Origin: Heterodontus francisci
Taxonomy: Eukaryota
DNA: 64,000 bases
Assembly (NCBI RefSeq): GCF_036365525.1
Contig: NC_090376.1
Coordinates: 19,834,311-19,898,310 of the forward strand
Reading direction: 5' to 3'
A program made the translations under genes and the position numbers. The stretch's first letter is position 1; every line of letters begins with the position of its first letter. This document shows, in pieces, positions 49,501 to 59,900 of this stretch. Below the pieces are notes generated by a model that was not told the origin of the DNA, made no database searches, and worked only from the letters and a program-made list of their open reading frames with translations.

Positions 49501-52500
49501 CCTCTTCTTTTGGGCCTCCTTATCTCGAGAGACAATGGATACGCGCCTGGAGGTGGTCAGTGGTTTGTGAAGCAGCGCCTGGAGTGGCTAGAAAGGCCAA
49601 TTCTGGAGTAACAGGCTCTTCCACAGGTGCTGCAGAGAAATTTGTTTGTTGGGGCTGTTGCACAGTTGGCTCTCCCCTTGCGCCTCTGTCTTTTTTCCTG
49701 CCAACTACTAAGTCTCTTCGACTCGCCACAATTTAGCCCTGTCTTTATGGCTGCCCGCCAGCTCTGGCGAATGCTGGCAACTGACTCCCACGACTTGTGA
49801 TCAATGTCACACGATTTCATGTCGCGTTTGCAGACGTCTTTATAGCGGAGACATGGACGGCCGGTGGGTCTGATACCAGTGGCGAGCTCGCTGTACAATG
49901 TGTCTTTGGGGATCCTGCCATCTTCCATGCGGCTCACATGGCCAAGCCATCTCAAGCGCCGCTGACTCAGTAGTGTGTATAAGCTGGGGATGTTGGCCGC
50001 TTCAAGGACTTCTGTGTTGGAGATATAGTCCTGCCACCTGATGCCAAGTATTCTCCGAAGGCAGCGAAGATGGAATGAATTGAGACGTCGCTCTTGGCTG
50101 GCATACGTTGTCCAGGCCTCGCTGCCGTAGAGCAAGGTACTGAGGACACAGGCCTGATACACTCGGACTTTTGTGTTCCGTGTCAGTGCGCCATTTTCCC
50201 ACACTCTCTTGGCCAGTCTGAACATAGCAGTGGAAGCCTTACCCATGCGCTTGTTGATTTCTGCATCTAGAGACAGGTTACTGGTGATAGTTGAGCCTAG
50301 GTAGGTGAACTCTTGAACCACTTCCAGAGCGTGGTCGCCAATATTGATGGATGGAGCATTTCTGACATCCTGCCCCATGATGTTCGTTTTCTTGAGGCTG
50401 ATGGTTAGGCCAAATTCATTGCAGGCAGACGCAAACCTGTCGATGAGACTCTGCAGGCATTCTTCAGTGTGAGATGTTAAAGCAGCATCGTCAGCAAAGA
50501 GGAGTTCTCTGATGAGGACTTTCCGTACTTTGGACTTCGCTCTTAGACGGGCAAGGTTGAACAACCTGCCCCCTGATCTTGTGTGGAGGAAAATTCCTTC
50601 TTCAGAGGATTTGAACGCATGTGAAAGCAGCAGGGAGAAGAAAATCCCAAGAAGTGTGGGTGCGAGAACACAGCCCTGTTTCACACCACTCAGGATAGGA
50701 AAGGGGTCTGATGAGGAGCCACCATGTTGAATTGTGCCTTTCATATTGTCATGGAATGAGGTGATGATACTTAGTAGCTTTGGTGGACATCCGATCTTTT
50801 CTAGTAGTCTGAAGAGACCACGTCTGCTGACGAGGTCAAAGGCTTTGGTGAGATCAATGAAAGCAATGTAGAGGGGCATCTGCTGTTCGCGGCATTTCTC
50901 CTGTATCTGACGAAGGGAGAACAGCATGTCAATAGTCGATCTCTCTGCACGAAAGCCACACTGTGCCTCAGGGTAGACGCGCTCGGCCAGCTTCTGGAGC
51001 CTGTTCAGAGCGACTCGAGCAAAGACTTTCCCCACTATGCTGAGCAGGGAGATTCCACGGTAGTTGTTGCAGTCACCGCGGTCACCTTTGTTTTTATAGA
51101 GGGTGATGATGTTGGCATCGCGCATGTCCTGGGGTACTGCTCCCTCGTCCCAGCACAGGCATAGCATAATTGTAGCTTGTTTTAACAATTATTTCTTAGA
51201 AATAAAAGTTCTAATTGTTATGAAGACAGCAACAAAGCATTCACACCTCAAAAGGCCATTGGGACCCAAGCTAGGTACTAACATACCATAGGTCTTAGCT
51301 GACAGTTCAGTTATACACCTCGCCTGAATGAAATCAATGGAAAAGACAGCTGCTATTTCACTATTGCCCATCTTGTGCTGCTGCCCAAGTCCATTTCATC
51401 ACCCACCACCCTACCCCCACTCCCCACATGGTTTCTGTGCCAGGCCCTCAACAACCATACAATAACTAGCAAAGAGGAAACGCAGCTTTGAATATCAACT
51501 TTCACTTTATGGACTTTGTTTTACAAAAATAGCACATATTTTATAACAATTTTTTTTTTGCAAAAGCCCATTGTTGAGACAGCTGTGGCTCCACTTGTCC
51601 CATACCTATTTACATTCCTAAACTAATTTTTTTTTTTTAAATGCAGTCTCAATGTAACAACCTTTCCTCACCCGGGTAATTTTATTTTCCATTAATCTAG
51701 ATTGTGGGATCGTTCAACCAAAGGGTTGCTCGCCAGGTTGTTGACACTTTGTTGACAAATGATAACCAAATCATAAAAGCTGCCACAAAATGGATATACT
51801 TTGAATGCAAATCTAACAACTCTATCCTTCTCCTGAAGGTTTAAATATAGTTTCCTGGACAGCAAGCATCCAACCAGTCATTATTTACTCTTGCGCCTGT
51901 TTGTAGTAGGTTGTCAGAATGCAGGACAAGTCTCTCCCAATGTCCACACTCACACAGTTCCAGCAGGGTTCACTTGATAAGAATCAGGAGTGGAAACCCT
52001 TGCCAATCTTTCCTCCCTCTATGATGGATGCTGAGATCAATGGAAACATACAGACCATACCTACCCCTTGGATGAGATCAGCTAATTGAGCACACCTTCC
52101 TTTCACTTTGAAGTTTTTTTAAATCTTGTTTCCTTTAGATTGCTCTTCACTGCTTACCCAAGATGGCAGAAATGCTGTGCAAAAATGGGTTCTGATGAAA
52201 GGTCACAGACCTGAAACATTAACTCTGTTTCTGTCTCCACAGATGCTACCTGACCTGCTATGCATTTCCAGCACTTTCTGTTTTCATTGGCAGAAATGCA
52301 ACCTGGCGCCCAGACCTCTGCCAATTCTGCAGCATATCAACTGCTGGGGAAGGTACAAGAGAACTGCAGGTTAACACAAATTACTGTTTTCCTTCTTTTA
52401 TGTTCTAAGGAAAGTGACTCACTTCTGCTGAACAGACTGAGCAAAGTTTTCCACTCATATGCTTGCACCCCACCCCACGCCACACCCACCTCCAATTTAT

Positions 52501-55500
52501 TATAATGGACAAAAAATTCACAGGCTAGTGAGCACAAACATAGAGTATAAATGTAGAAAACCCTAGTCACTGTTTCTTCTCTCTCTTTATTAATCCAGTT
52601 TACTATGGAAAATGAAGGATTATAGGTCTACCCATTACCCTGTGAAGTTGGTATACTTATACCACACCACTGCAATACGCCAGTCAACCCAAGAGTAAGG
52701 CATACACGACAGAATGCAATTTCAGTATACTGTGATTTTATGCAGAAAATTATCTTTCAATACTTATAAAAAGGAAAATTAGTACAATCATAAGAAAACT
52801 CTTGCCTAAACTGAAAAGGTGGGAGAAGTTAAAGTTATCTCAATTTACAAAGCAGCAGAGAGAACTCTACAGCTAGCAAAGTATCATTAATCAGTAAATC
52901 AATGGAGACTCACAGGTTGGATGTTACTTTCCCCCTCCCCACCTCCAGGTTAAGGTGATTCCATGGGGGACCATTGGGCACCTTGGAAATCAAATTGGAA
53001 TTTAAAAAATGCAACGCTGGACAGGAAAAGAACAGTAAAATAGAACCATTAAAAAAAAATCTTTGACCTTTCCCGGCTCTTTATTTTCACAGGTGAGCCT
53101 CTGCCTACCTTCACCTCTCGTTTCTAGCGCTGTTTACAAAAGATCTCCTAATCCTGCCAGTTTTTCTACTCCACGCAGCTGTGGGCAGCTACCCTCAAGA
53201 ATATCTGCTCCAGAAACCTTCTACTGGGACTGATTAAAGACTTCTCAAATACTACAGTTTTTTTTTTTACTTAAACAGAGTTACTGGACCTACCTTTTAT
53301 GTGAAAAGACTCTGACTCTACAGGGCTTTTATCGTCTCTAAGCTGTTCCTGTAACTAGAAATAACAACAGCTTTGATTAGCCAAATGATAATACAAACCT
53401 TTCCTAATTCAGAATAGAAATATATATTGCCCAAGTAACAATAAACAATTACCTGAACTGTACCAGGGAACTAAAGATTAAGTGAAAGAGGGACAAGGTA
53501 AAGAAGTTTAAAGGTGAGAGAGAAGATCTCCTCCAAGACACGTACCATCCTTGGTCATATATTGCTGTTCCTTCAGCATTGGTGGCTCAATATCTTGGAT
53601 GTCCAAACCTAACAGCATTGTGAGAGTACCTTCACCAGTAAAATGTTCAAGAAGGTGGCTCTCCACCACTTTCTCAAGGGCAACCATGGGTGGGCAATAA
53701 AAAAGTGCTGGCTTGCTCGCAATGCCCATATCTCAAGAATTAATCTTTAACAAAGCAAGGAAAAACGATTTAGAAAGAGAGTTTCATTGTAGAGAGGTGT
53801 CATAGCTTAAAGGTCTGACATTGGAGCAGTAGGTGTTGGGAGTGGGCTGGGCGGGGTGGGGGGAAGGTAGGATACACAAGAGACCCGAGTTAGAAGATTT
53901 CTTCATATGTGAGAATAGGCTGTAATTTTTGCAGGCTATTTAAACAGAGGCCATCATTACCAAACCTGATCCTGTCCTTGCCCAGTATTCACACAACACA
54001 CTTGTGGACAGGTGATACAGAACAAGCAGCAGAACAGTGCTGCAAATATTGTCCTGGCTGACAGTAATGTCAATGCAAACTGCAAATTGAATCTGGAACA
54101 TTCTGGTCCATATGCGGGATGCTGCCCATGGGATAAGATATACATCACACTTCATAACATTGGTCCTCCTGGCAGGTCATGCCACTTGTGGAATAAACAT
54201 TAAATGACTCATCTACCTCTATTTATATTACAGCTGTAGACGTGTAGCTGAACTTCAGCAAAAATGTATTCTATATGTATACTTCGTTCAGATCTACGTT
54301 ATGGGACATTCTCATGAGGCACTGACTTTTTTTTTAATTAAATTGTTAAACTATTTCTTGCCTATATCAGTGGGCAGTAAAAGACACACAGATTGTAACT
54401 GTAAACAGCAACGCTTGGAACTGGTTACTATTACTCTGTTCAAATTTCCTATAAAAAAAGACTTCCTACAGAATCCTAATAATCATACTGAAATAGAATA
54501 ACAGATTTTTTTTTAAGTAATGAATCGAGTCACAATTAAAAGAATTCTAACAAACTTGTTTTGCAGCTAATGTAATTATGGTCAGTCATTGATTGTCACA
54601 ATCAGTGATCACACCTCATTTAACTGACAGATTACGTACTTGATGCACCTCCGCTCGGATAAGGAGATCGAGCTGAAAACAGAGAGACCAGATCTCCACA
54701 GCCACTTGCTCACTGCTCAGCTGGATGGGTTGAAGGGGTTTCTTAATGTTAACATCCACTGGACACAAGGGAGGCAACAAATCACATGTTATATCATAGT
54801 TATGCCAAGTTAACCTATAAAACTCACAAACAGAAAACTGAACCAACTGAATTTAATTTATACAATTTTATTTCTTCACTGGATCTCCTATTCTCCCCTC
54901 CATATTCCAATTGTCTCAGTACATCAGGCTGAGATATAAAAACTTTAATTTTTACAAATTATTAACAATTCAACAGACATTTCCAAGTTTAGCCTTAGGT
55001 CATTGGTAGCATTCCCCTGAGGTTGTGGGTTCAATCCCCACTCCAGAGACGCAAGCACAAAATCTAAGTGCAGTACTTCACTGAAGTGCTAGCCATCAGA
55101 GTTACTGTGGACGCAAAAGATCCCACAACATTACATTGAAGAGGAGTGGGGTACTTTCAGCCCACCCATCCCTGTGTCCTCTTCGTAGAATATACCAACA
55201 TATCTTCCTTCTTGCACTTCTCTATATCCCTCTCTGGGTATAGGCTGTCCACAGACTACCTCGATTACACATGAGGCTAGAACTACTGCAAGCCGGATAC
55301 GGTCAGCTGGAACAATTAAATCAGCAGAATGGGAGTTGCTGCAGGTTGTAACTACACCAATAATGCCGTGGGATCTTTTACATCCACCCAACAGGGCACA
55401 CGGGGCCTCGGTTTAACATCTCATCCGAAAGACAGCACCTCTGACTGTACAGTACTCCATGAGTGTCAGCCTCGGTACTCAGATCCAGGAGTGAGACTTA

Positions 55501-55824
55501 AACCCCCGACCTTCTATATTACTGAGGTATGACAGTCTATCTTGCTGCCTCAACATTTTGGGGGCAACACCGTTATTATTAAATGCATTGTCCCATTTGC
55601 TGATATAATTAATTATTACACTGGGCGTCTCCCACCTCTGGATTGTCTTCGACAGATGCAAGAACATTGTTAGATATAATGCGTGGCATAACACAGGCTT
55701 TTTTTATATTTATAATCACAATGTTTATCACTGTAGTTGTCTTATCTAGGCCTTCCATACCTCTGAAGCGCCGCTGGTAGGTGCAGGGCTCCCGCAGCGG
55801 CTCCGTCCGCCCTACTGCTGCCAT
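40467..55824 (-). CDS. Uncharacterised conserved protein, 8 coding exons, 261 aa (resembles zebrafish si:ch211-218d20.15-like family)
   Basis: Hand-built model join(55761-55824, 54640-54758, 53294-53354, 48897-48964, 48296-48398, 43806-43924, 42430-42575, 40467-40572) = 786 nt. All introns are GT-AG and all phases match (1,0,1,0,1,0,2). Protein MAAVGRTEP...KPLQPIQLSSEQVAVEIWSLCFQLDLLIRAEVHQ...EHLPDPVPQLEDYLDSQGLSTLFPRVEIFVIHGRPVDMLERPPLDDYFSHIGKLNQLLVLSQQLEGDVQHLGSHKYIAHQLSVLY...LPEELTEELSLAMSFVMNLR*. Family name is from recall. Confidence 0.88.
42430..42575 (-). CDS. Uncharacterised gene, exon 7 (KVLNYFSGYVNLDVLKKDIEANFKALKSG...YHYVNW)
   Basis: Acceptor tctccttgcag; donor TG|GTGAGT; 146 nt. 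Confidence 0.88.
43806..43924 (-). CDS. Uncharacterised gene, exon 6 (DYFSHIGKLNQLLVLSQQLEGDVQHLGSHKYIAHQLSVLY)
   Basis: Acceptor tttcaatgcag; donor TAT|GTGAGT; 119 nt. Confidence 0.9.
45861..45992 (+). mobile_element. Short Penelope-derived element with minimal hammerhead-like motif (45861-45897)
   Basis: agtt-ccgaaga-a-gggtc-act-gaccc-gaaa-cg-tt-aact; nearly identical to 63847-63982; flanking gttacattt repeat. Confidence 0.72.
46390..46470 (+). mobile_element. CR1 extreme 3' end (same family as 13024-17680)
   Basis: tggatcggcgcaggcttggaggaccgaagggcctgttcctgtgctgtaat matches 17608-17660. Confidence 0.85.
46672..48035 (-). mobile_element. CR1 LINE 3' fragment interrupted by a MITE
   Basis: (atagaat) tail and CR1 RT C-terminal similarity; resumes after 47871. 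Confidence 0.75.
47277..47871. mobile_element. GC-rich MITE with 3-bp TSD (PIF/Harbinger-like)
   Basis: tat|gggg...agcc|tat splits the CR1 sequence ttctatgc; imperfect TIRs ggggaaattttat / ataaaatcccagcc. Confidence 0.65.
48296..48398 (-). CDS. Uncharacterised gene, exon 5 (DYLDSQGLSTLFPRVEIFVIHGRPVDMLERPPLD)
   Basis: Acceptor tcttttacag; donor G|GTAAGA; 103 nt. Confidence 0.9.
48500..48650 (-). mobile_element. Second Penelope-like terminal-repeat fragment containing a canonical minimal hammerhead
   Basis: Carries the hammerhead at 48557-48592; boundaries approximate; no clear TSD. Confidence 0.55.
48557..48592 (-). ncRNA. Minimal type I hammerhead ribozyme motif
   Basis: UUGUC-CUGAUGA-GU(GCAAG)AC-GAAA-AGCU-UC-GACAA: intact CUGANGA/GAAA/UH core, 5-bp stem I, palindromic AAGCUU stem III. 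Confidence 0.7.
48897..48964 (-). CDS. Uncharacterised gene, exon 4 (GVDYVERIKQYLEHLPDPVPQLE)
   Basis: Acceptor ttctcatacag; donor GAG|GTAATG; 68 nt. Confidence 0.88.
49503..51165 (-). mobile_element. RTE-clade LINE, 5'-truncated, uninterrupted RT frame (young copy) in intron 3 of the uncharacterised gene
   Basis: ORF 49557-51188 (543 aa): NYRGISLLS, FIDLTKAFD, GVKQG, LFADD, C2H2 end; (gaa) tail. Confidence 0.95.
52188..52285 (+). mobile_element. Short Penelope-derived element with hammerhead-like motif (52188-52224)
   Basis: ggtt-ctgatga-a-aggtc-aca-gacct-gaaa-ca-tt-aact plus family body. Confidence 0.68.
53294..53354 (-). CDS. Uncharacterised gene, exon 3 (LQEQLRDDKSPVESESFHIK)
   Basis: Acceptor gttatttctag; donor G|GTAGGT; 61 nt; phases fit neighbouring exons. 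Confidence 0.82.
54640..54758 (-). CDS. Uncharacterised gene, exon 2 (VDVNIKKPLQPIQLSSEQ...AEVHQ)
   Basis: Acceptor ttgcctcccttgtgtccag; donor CAA|GTACGT; 119 nt. Confidence 0.85.
55761..55824 (-). CDS. Uncharacterised gene, exon 1 (MAAVGRTEPLREPCTYQRRFR)
   Basis: ATG in a CpG-rich patch; donor G|GTATGG, phase 1, compatible with exon 2. Confidence 0.72.
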
Positions 55825-56477
55825 CGTTACCAGGACAACAGCAGCCGGACCCTAATGCGTGCCACACCAGGTCACCCAGGGGTTACGGTGGAACTCAACT
55901 CCTAATTTATAAATGAAAATTATGTTTTAATAATTTTTAAACATTTTAATCATTAATTAAATGTATCAAAACGATATTTATTTTTTAAAATGTTCAAGAA
56001 ATGTTCTTTTAAAAAAGCGTGTTGCAGTCTAATCGTTCCGTGGAGGAAACAGAAAAAGTAAAAGAAAAATTTAGGGACGGTTTTAGTTTCTGAAATGTTT
56101 AGCAGTAAGCGAAGTTCGTGCCTGCTCTGGTAAAGTCGTCAATGAAACAATCAGAGTTGGAGTTATGTTGTAACCGAAAGGGATTGGATTTAGAAAAAAA
56201 AATCCATCTGGGAAGCTCAGAGAACATTTTATTAAGCTCAAGACGCAGCCACATTTGCTGGGGATTTATGCTCTGTTTTAGGCCCCACTGATACTTCACT
56301 CTGTTAATGCAAATGTGGCAGTAAACTAAATAAGCAGATAACGGTATGTACAGGAATGAGGGTGAGCTGGAAAGTGTTAGCTGAATGTGTTTTCAACCCT
56401 CCAATCAGCACATTGTGTTGAAAACATTATGAATACAATTACCTGACTTGTAACTCTGGTGTCAGGTGTTCACAGTT
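55825..56477. promoter_or_regulatory. Putative bidirectional promoter between the two divergent genes, with RFX X-box motifs
   Basis: About 650 bp between divergent ATGs; CpG-rich patch 55770-55890; GTTACCAGGACAAC (55826-55839) and GTCACCCAGGGGTTAC (55871-55886). Confidence 0.6.
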
Positions 56478-56931
56478 ATGGAGTTACTGAGGAATATCTC
56501 GAAAATATTTTTACTACATCCCCTGAAAAAGTTCCAGCCTCGGAAAACATGTTTATCAACATTTGGCACAAAGATACCAGACTTCGTGTGTTTCCAGCCA
56601 AAACTGCCTTTGAGGAGCAGAAGTGTTTCTGATAGTTTAGGGAAAAATCAATGTACTGGAAATTTATTTTGCCATGACTTTCGGTATTTTGCCACAAGTA
56701 AATGTCTTTCAAAAAGCAGAAAAAGTACCAACAGCAGAAAGCCCTCAAGAAGTGGAAACCAAAGTGGGGAGAACGATGAGGTGACGACAGAAGACAAATT
56801 TGAATTGGAAGGTGCTGAATTTGAAGAACTGTTTCAAGAACAAATATCTCCTCTTCCTGAAGGAGGTCATAGAGTATTTATTGTCCATCCAGATGTAAAG
56901 TGGGGAGGAAAGAAACAACATCTCACAACAG
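56478..56931 (+). CDS. GTPBP6: GTPBP6 coding exon 1 (basic N-terminal extension, probable mitochondrial targeting peptide)
   Basis: ORF MELLRNISKIF...HRVFIVHPDVKWGGKKQHLTT; donor G|GTAAGA. Confidence 0.85.
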
Positions 56932-59900
56932 GTAAGATTGTTATTAACTAATTCAAACTGTTTCAATGTTCTGTAAGAGCATTCTAGCATAGTGGCAATG
57001 TTAGTGGACTGGTAGTCCTGAGGCCTCCACTAATGACTTGGTGACAAGAGTTCAACTCCCTCCACAGCAGCTGGGGAATTTAAATTCAGTTAATTAAATA
57101 AATATAGAATAAAAAAGCTTGCATCAATGATGGTGACCATGTAACTCTTGGAATGTCATTTAAAACTTCAGCTGGCTCTGCCATCGTTACCTCGTCTGAC
57201 CTATAGTGATTCCAGGCCTTCTGCAATGTGGTTGACTCTTAACTGACTCCTGAAATGGCCTAGCAAGCAATTCAGTTGTTAAGGTGGTTCACCACCACCT
57301 CCTTGAGGACAATTAGGGATGAGCACATGAACCTGAAATGTTTATGTTTCTCTCTCCACAGATGCTACCTGACTTTTTATCTACCCTATCTCATCCTTTC
57401 ATAATCTTAAAGACCTCGAACAGGTCATCCCACAGTCTTTTTGCAATGGAAAAGAGCCCCAGCCTATTCATTCTTTTTTGATAGGCATAACTTTTCAGTT
57501 CTGGTGTTATTATAATCATTTTTGCACCTTCTCCAGTCTCTCTATATCCTTTTTATAATATGCAGAGCAGAACTGTTCACAGTGCTCCAAGTATAGTCTG
57601 TACAAGTTTAACATAACTTCTCTGCATTTCAATTCTACCCAATGCTTTGTTTTTAATTACATTTTTAAACTGCATCACTCATTTTAGTGATTTATGTATG
57701 TGTGCCACCAGATCCATCTGCTGCTCTACCCACTAAGGCACCTATTTTCCAAGGAGTGTGTGACCTCCTTATTCTTTCTACCAAAATGTGCCACCTGTTA
57801 CGAATTCTGGAATTTGTACTGTAGTTATGTTTTAAAAACTGTGATCTTTAATGCAGTGTAAAATAGACATTCGGAGGAAACGTGTGACCTCATACAAAAT
57901 CTGCCAGAGGTCTTGGTTACCATGAGAACAGGGAACAAGACCGTTTTGAAAGCAGGGTGCTATGTTGTTTCACCTAAAGGACAATGGGTTTCGCTCTCCC
58001 AGACTCTCAGATTGTAAACAGGGAGTCAGGGGCTTTAAAATGCAGATTTGAGTTGCAATTTTTAACACCTGGAAACAAAGGAAGGCCCAGGTGGTTTTGC
58101 TATGGTCAGACTTATGGTCTTTGAAAAAATGTCAAAGGCAAATAACTATTGACTTTTGATCTGGATAAATTCGACAGGCTTTCCTAGGTTTAGGGCTGAA
58201 AGGAAGATACAAGGACTAGCAGTTCGCTGTGCTGCCTAAGAGAGAGACAGAGAGACCAGTGTGCTATTTCTGAGGAAACAGCTGCTCTCAAATCAACGAT
58301 ACAGAAAAAGGCTGCTAAGATTTGAACCCGGTTCGAAGGCTCGAGGTTTGCAGAGGAGAAAAGACCAACAGGTTCACCAGAGCTTGCTTTATTAACAGAA
58401 GTCCAGTCGAATGTACTCTGAAGAAGTGAGCGAAGAGGACGTTGTCTTTGAGAAGGACACTGGGAGATCCAACCCAATGCAACTGGGAGAAGTTTGGGAC
58501 TTTTAACAGCAAGGATGCCTTTTCCACTCAGAACGCTATAAATGTGGTGTGGGGTTTTCAAGTGTGTTAATATGTTAATGGGAAATACTTTTCTCTGTAA
58601 TTTGGTGTATTTGCTACCTATTAAGTACTGTCTAGTTAATGTTGATTTTTTTTGTTTAGTTATTAAAGTAAAAGTTTTAAAACGTGATATCTTGTCATGT
58701 GATTCTTTAATTGGTCACTGGGAAGTGCATATCTCTTGTTTTAAAGTGAACGGTGTCTACAGAGGTTATAACACACCGCACATTTATCCATAGGATTGAA
58801 GGCTGCAATACATCTGCAGTGGTTCAGATTATACTTTATTCATTTCACTTCTATATTTAAAATGATTGCTAACTTTTGTTAGAACAGAAAACTAAGAAAG
58901 GCTGTCTTACTGAATCGTAACTTTACCTGGATAATTTCAAGTGATAGTGGAATGAAATATGATTTGCGTATAACATTGGAGGTGCCTGGTGTAAGGGAAA
59001 GCGGAAGGAGGTGAAAAGTGGTCATGAAGAAAGACCACTTTTTATTCGAGCAGTAAAGGTAAAGAATGTTGGACATCTTCAAGATTATGAAGGATTATGA
59101 TGAGATAAATAGTGTTAGATTGTTTGCACTGGTGAGAGAGTAATGAGAGGGCACAGACTTGAGACAATCACAAAAGAATTAAAAGGGAGGGTAAAAGCTA
59201 TTTCTTTACACAGAGGGTGATTTAAGATGTGAAATTTCTTTTTAGCCACAAACTATTGTTGGAGGATAATACAGAAACAGAGTCTATAAATTAATTTAAA
59301 AGGAAATTAGATAGTTGTTTGAAAAAGAGAAATATTAAAGGATATACGGGAAACGGCAGAAGGGTGGATTTAAACTACGTGGCTCATGCAGAGAAATCAC
59401 GGGCACAGACATGAAAGGTGAAATGGTCTGTAACATTCAATGAATCTGTACTCCAGTGCAACATACTACAGAATTTGTGGCTGATCATGGCTGTGTTGTT
59501 GATGTGCATCAATCATCACTGTGCCTCATCGCACAATCTCCTACTGAAATTCCTTCTTTCTCAGTAATTCAAAACTGTAGACTTTCTTGCCTTGAGCAGT
59601 TTGTTGTTTTTCCCTTCTACAATCTTTTGTTTTTTTTAAAATCTTTTCAACCTTGTTAGTGGTCTGCAGCATAGATTGACTATTTAATATAAAATTAAAA
59701 TAGTAAGTGCTGGAAATACTCAGCAGGTCTGGCAGCATCTGTGGGGAAAGAAACAGAGTTAACATTTCAGGTCCATGAGCTTTCGTCGGTTAACTGTTTC
59801 TCTCGCCACAGGTGCTGCCTGAACCTGAGCATTCACAGCATTTTCTGTTTTTATTTCAGATTGCCAACGTCTGCAGCATTTGCTTTTGGATTGGCTTTTT

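Noticed and set aside
54759-54814. Alternative upstream acceptor (ttttatag) for exon 2
   Set aside because: Joined to exon 1 it gives an immediate stop (GGT TAA); the acceptor at 54759-54760 keeps the frame
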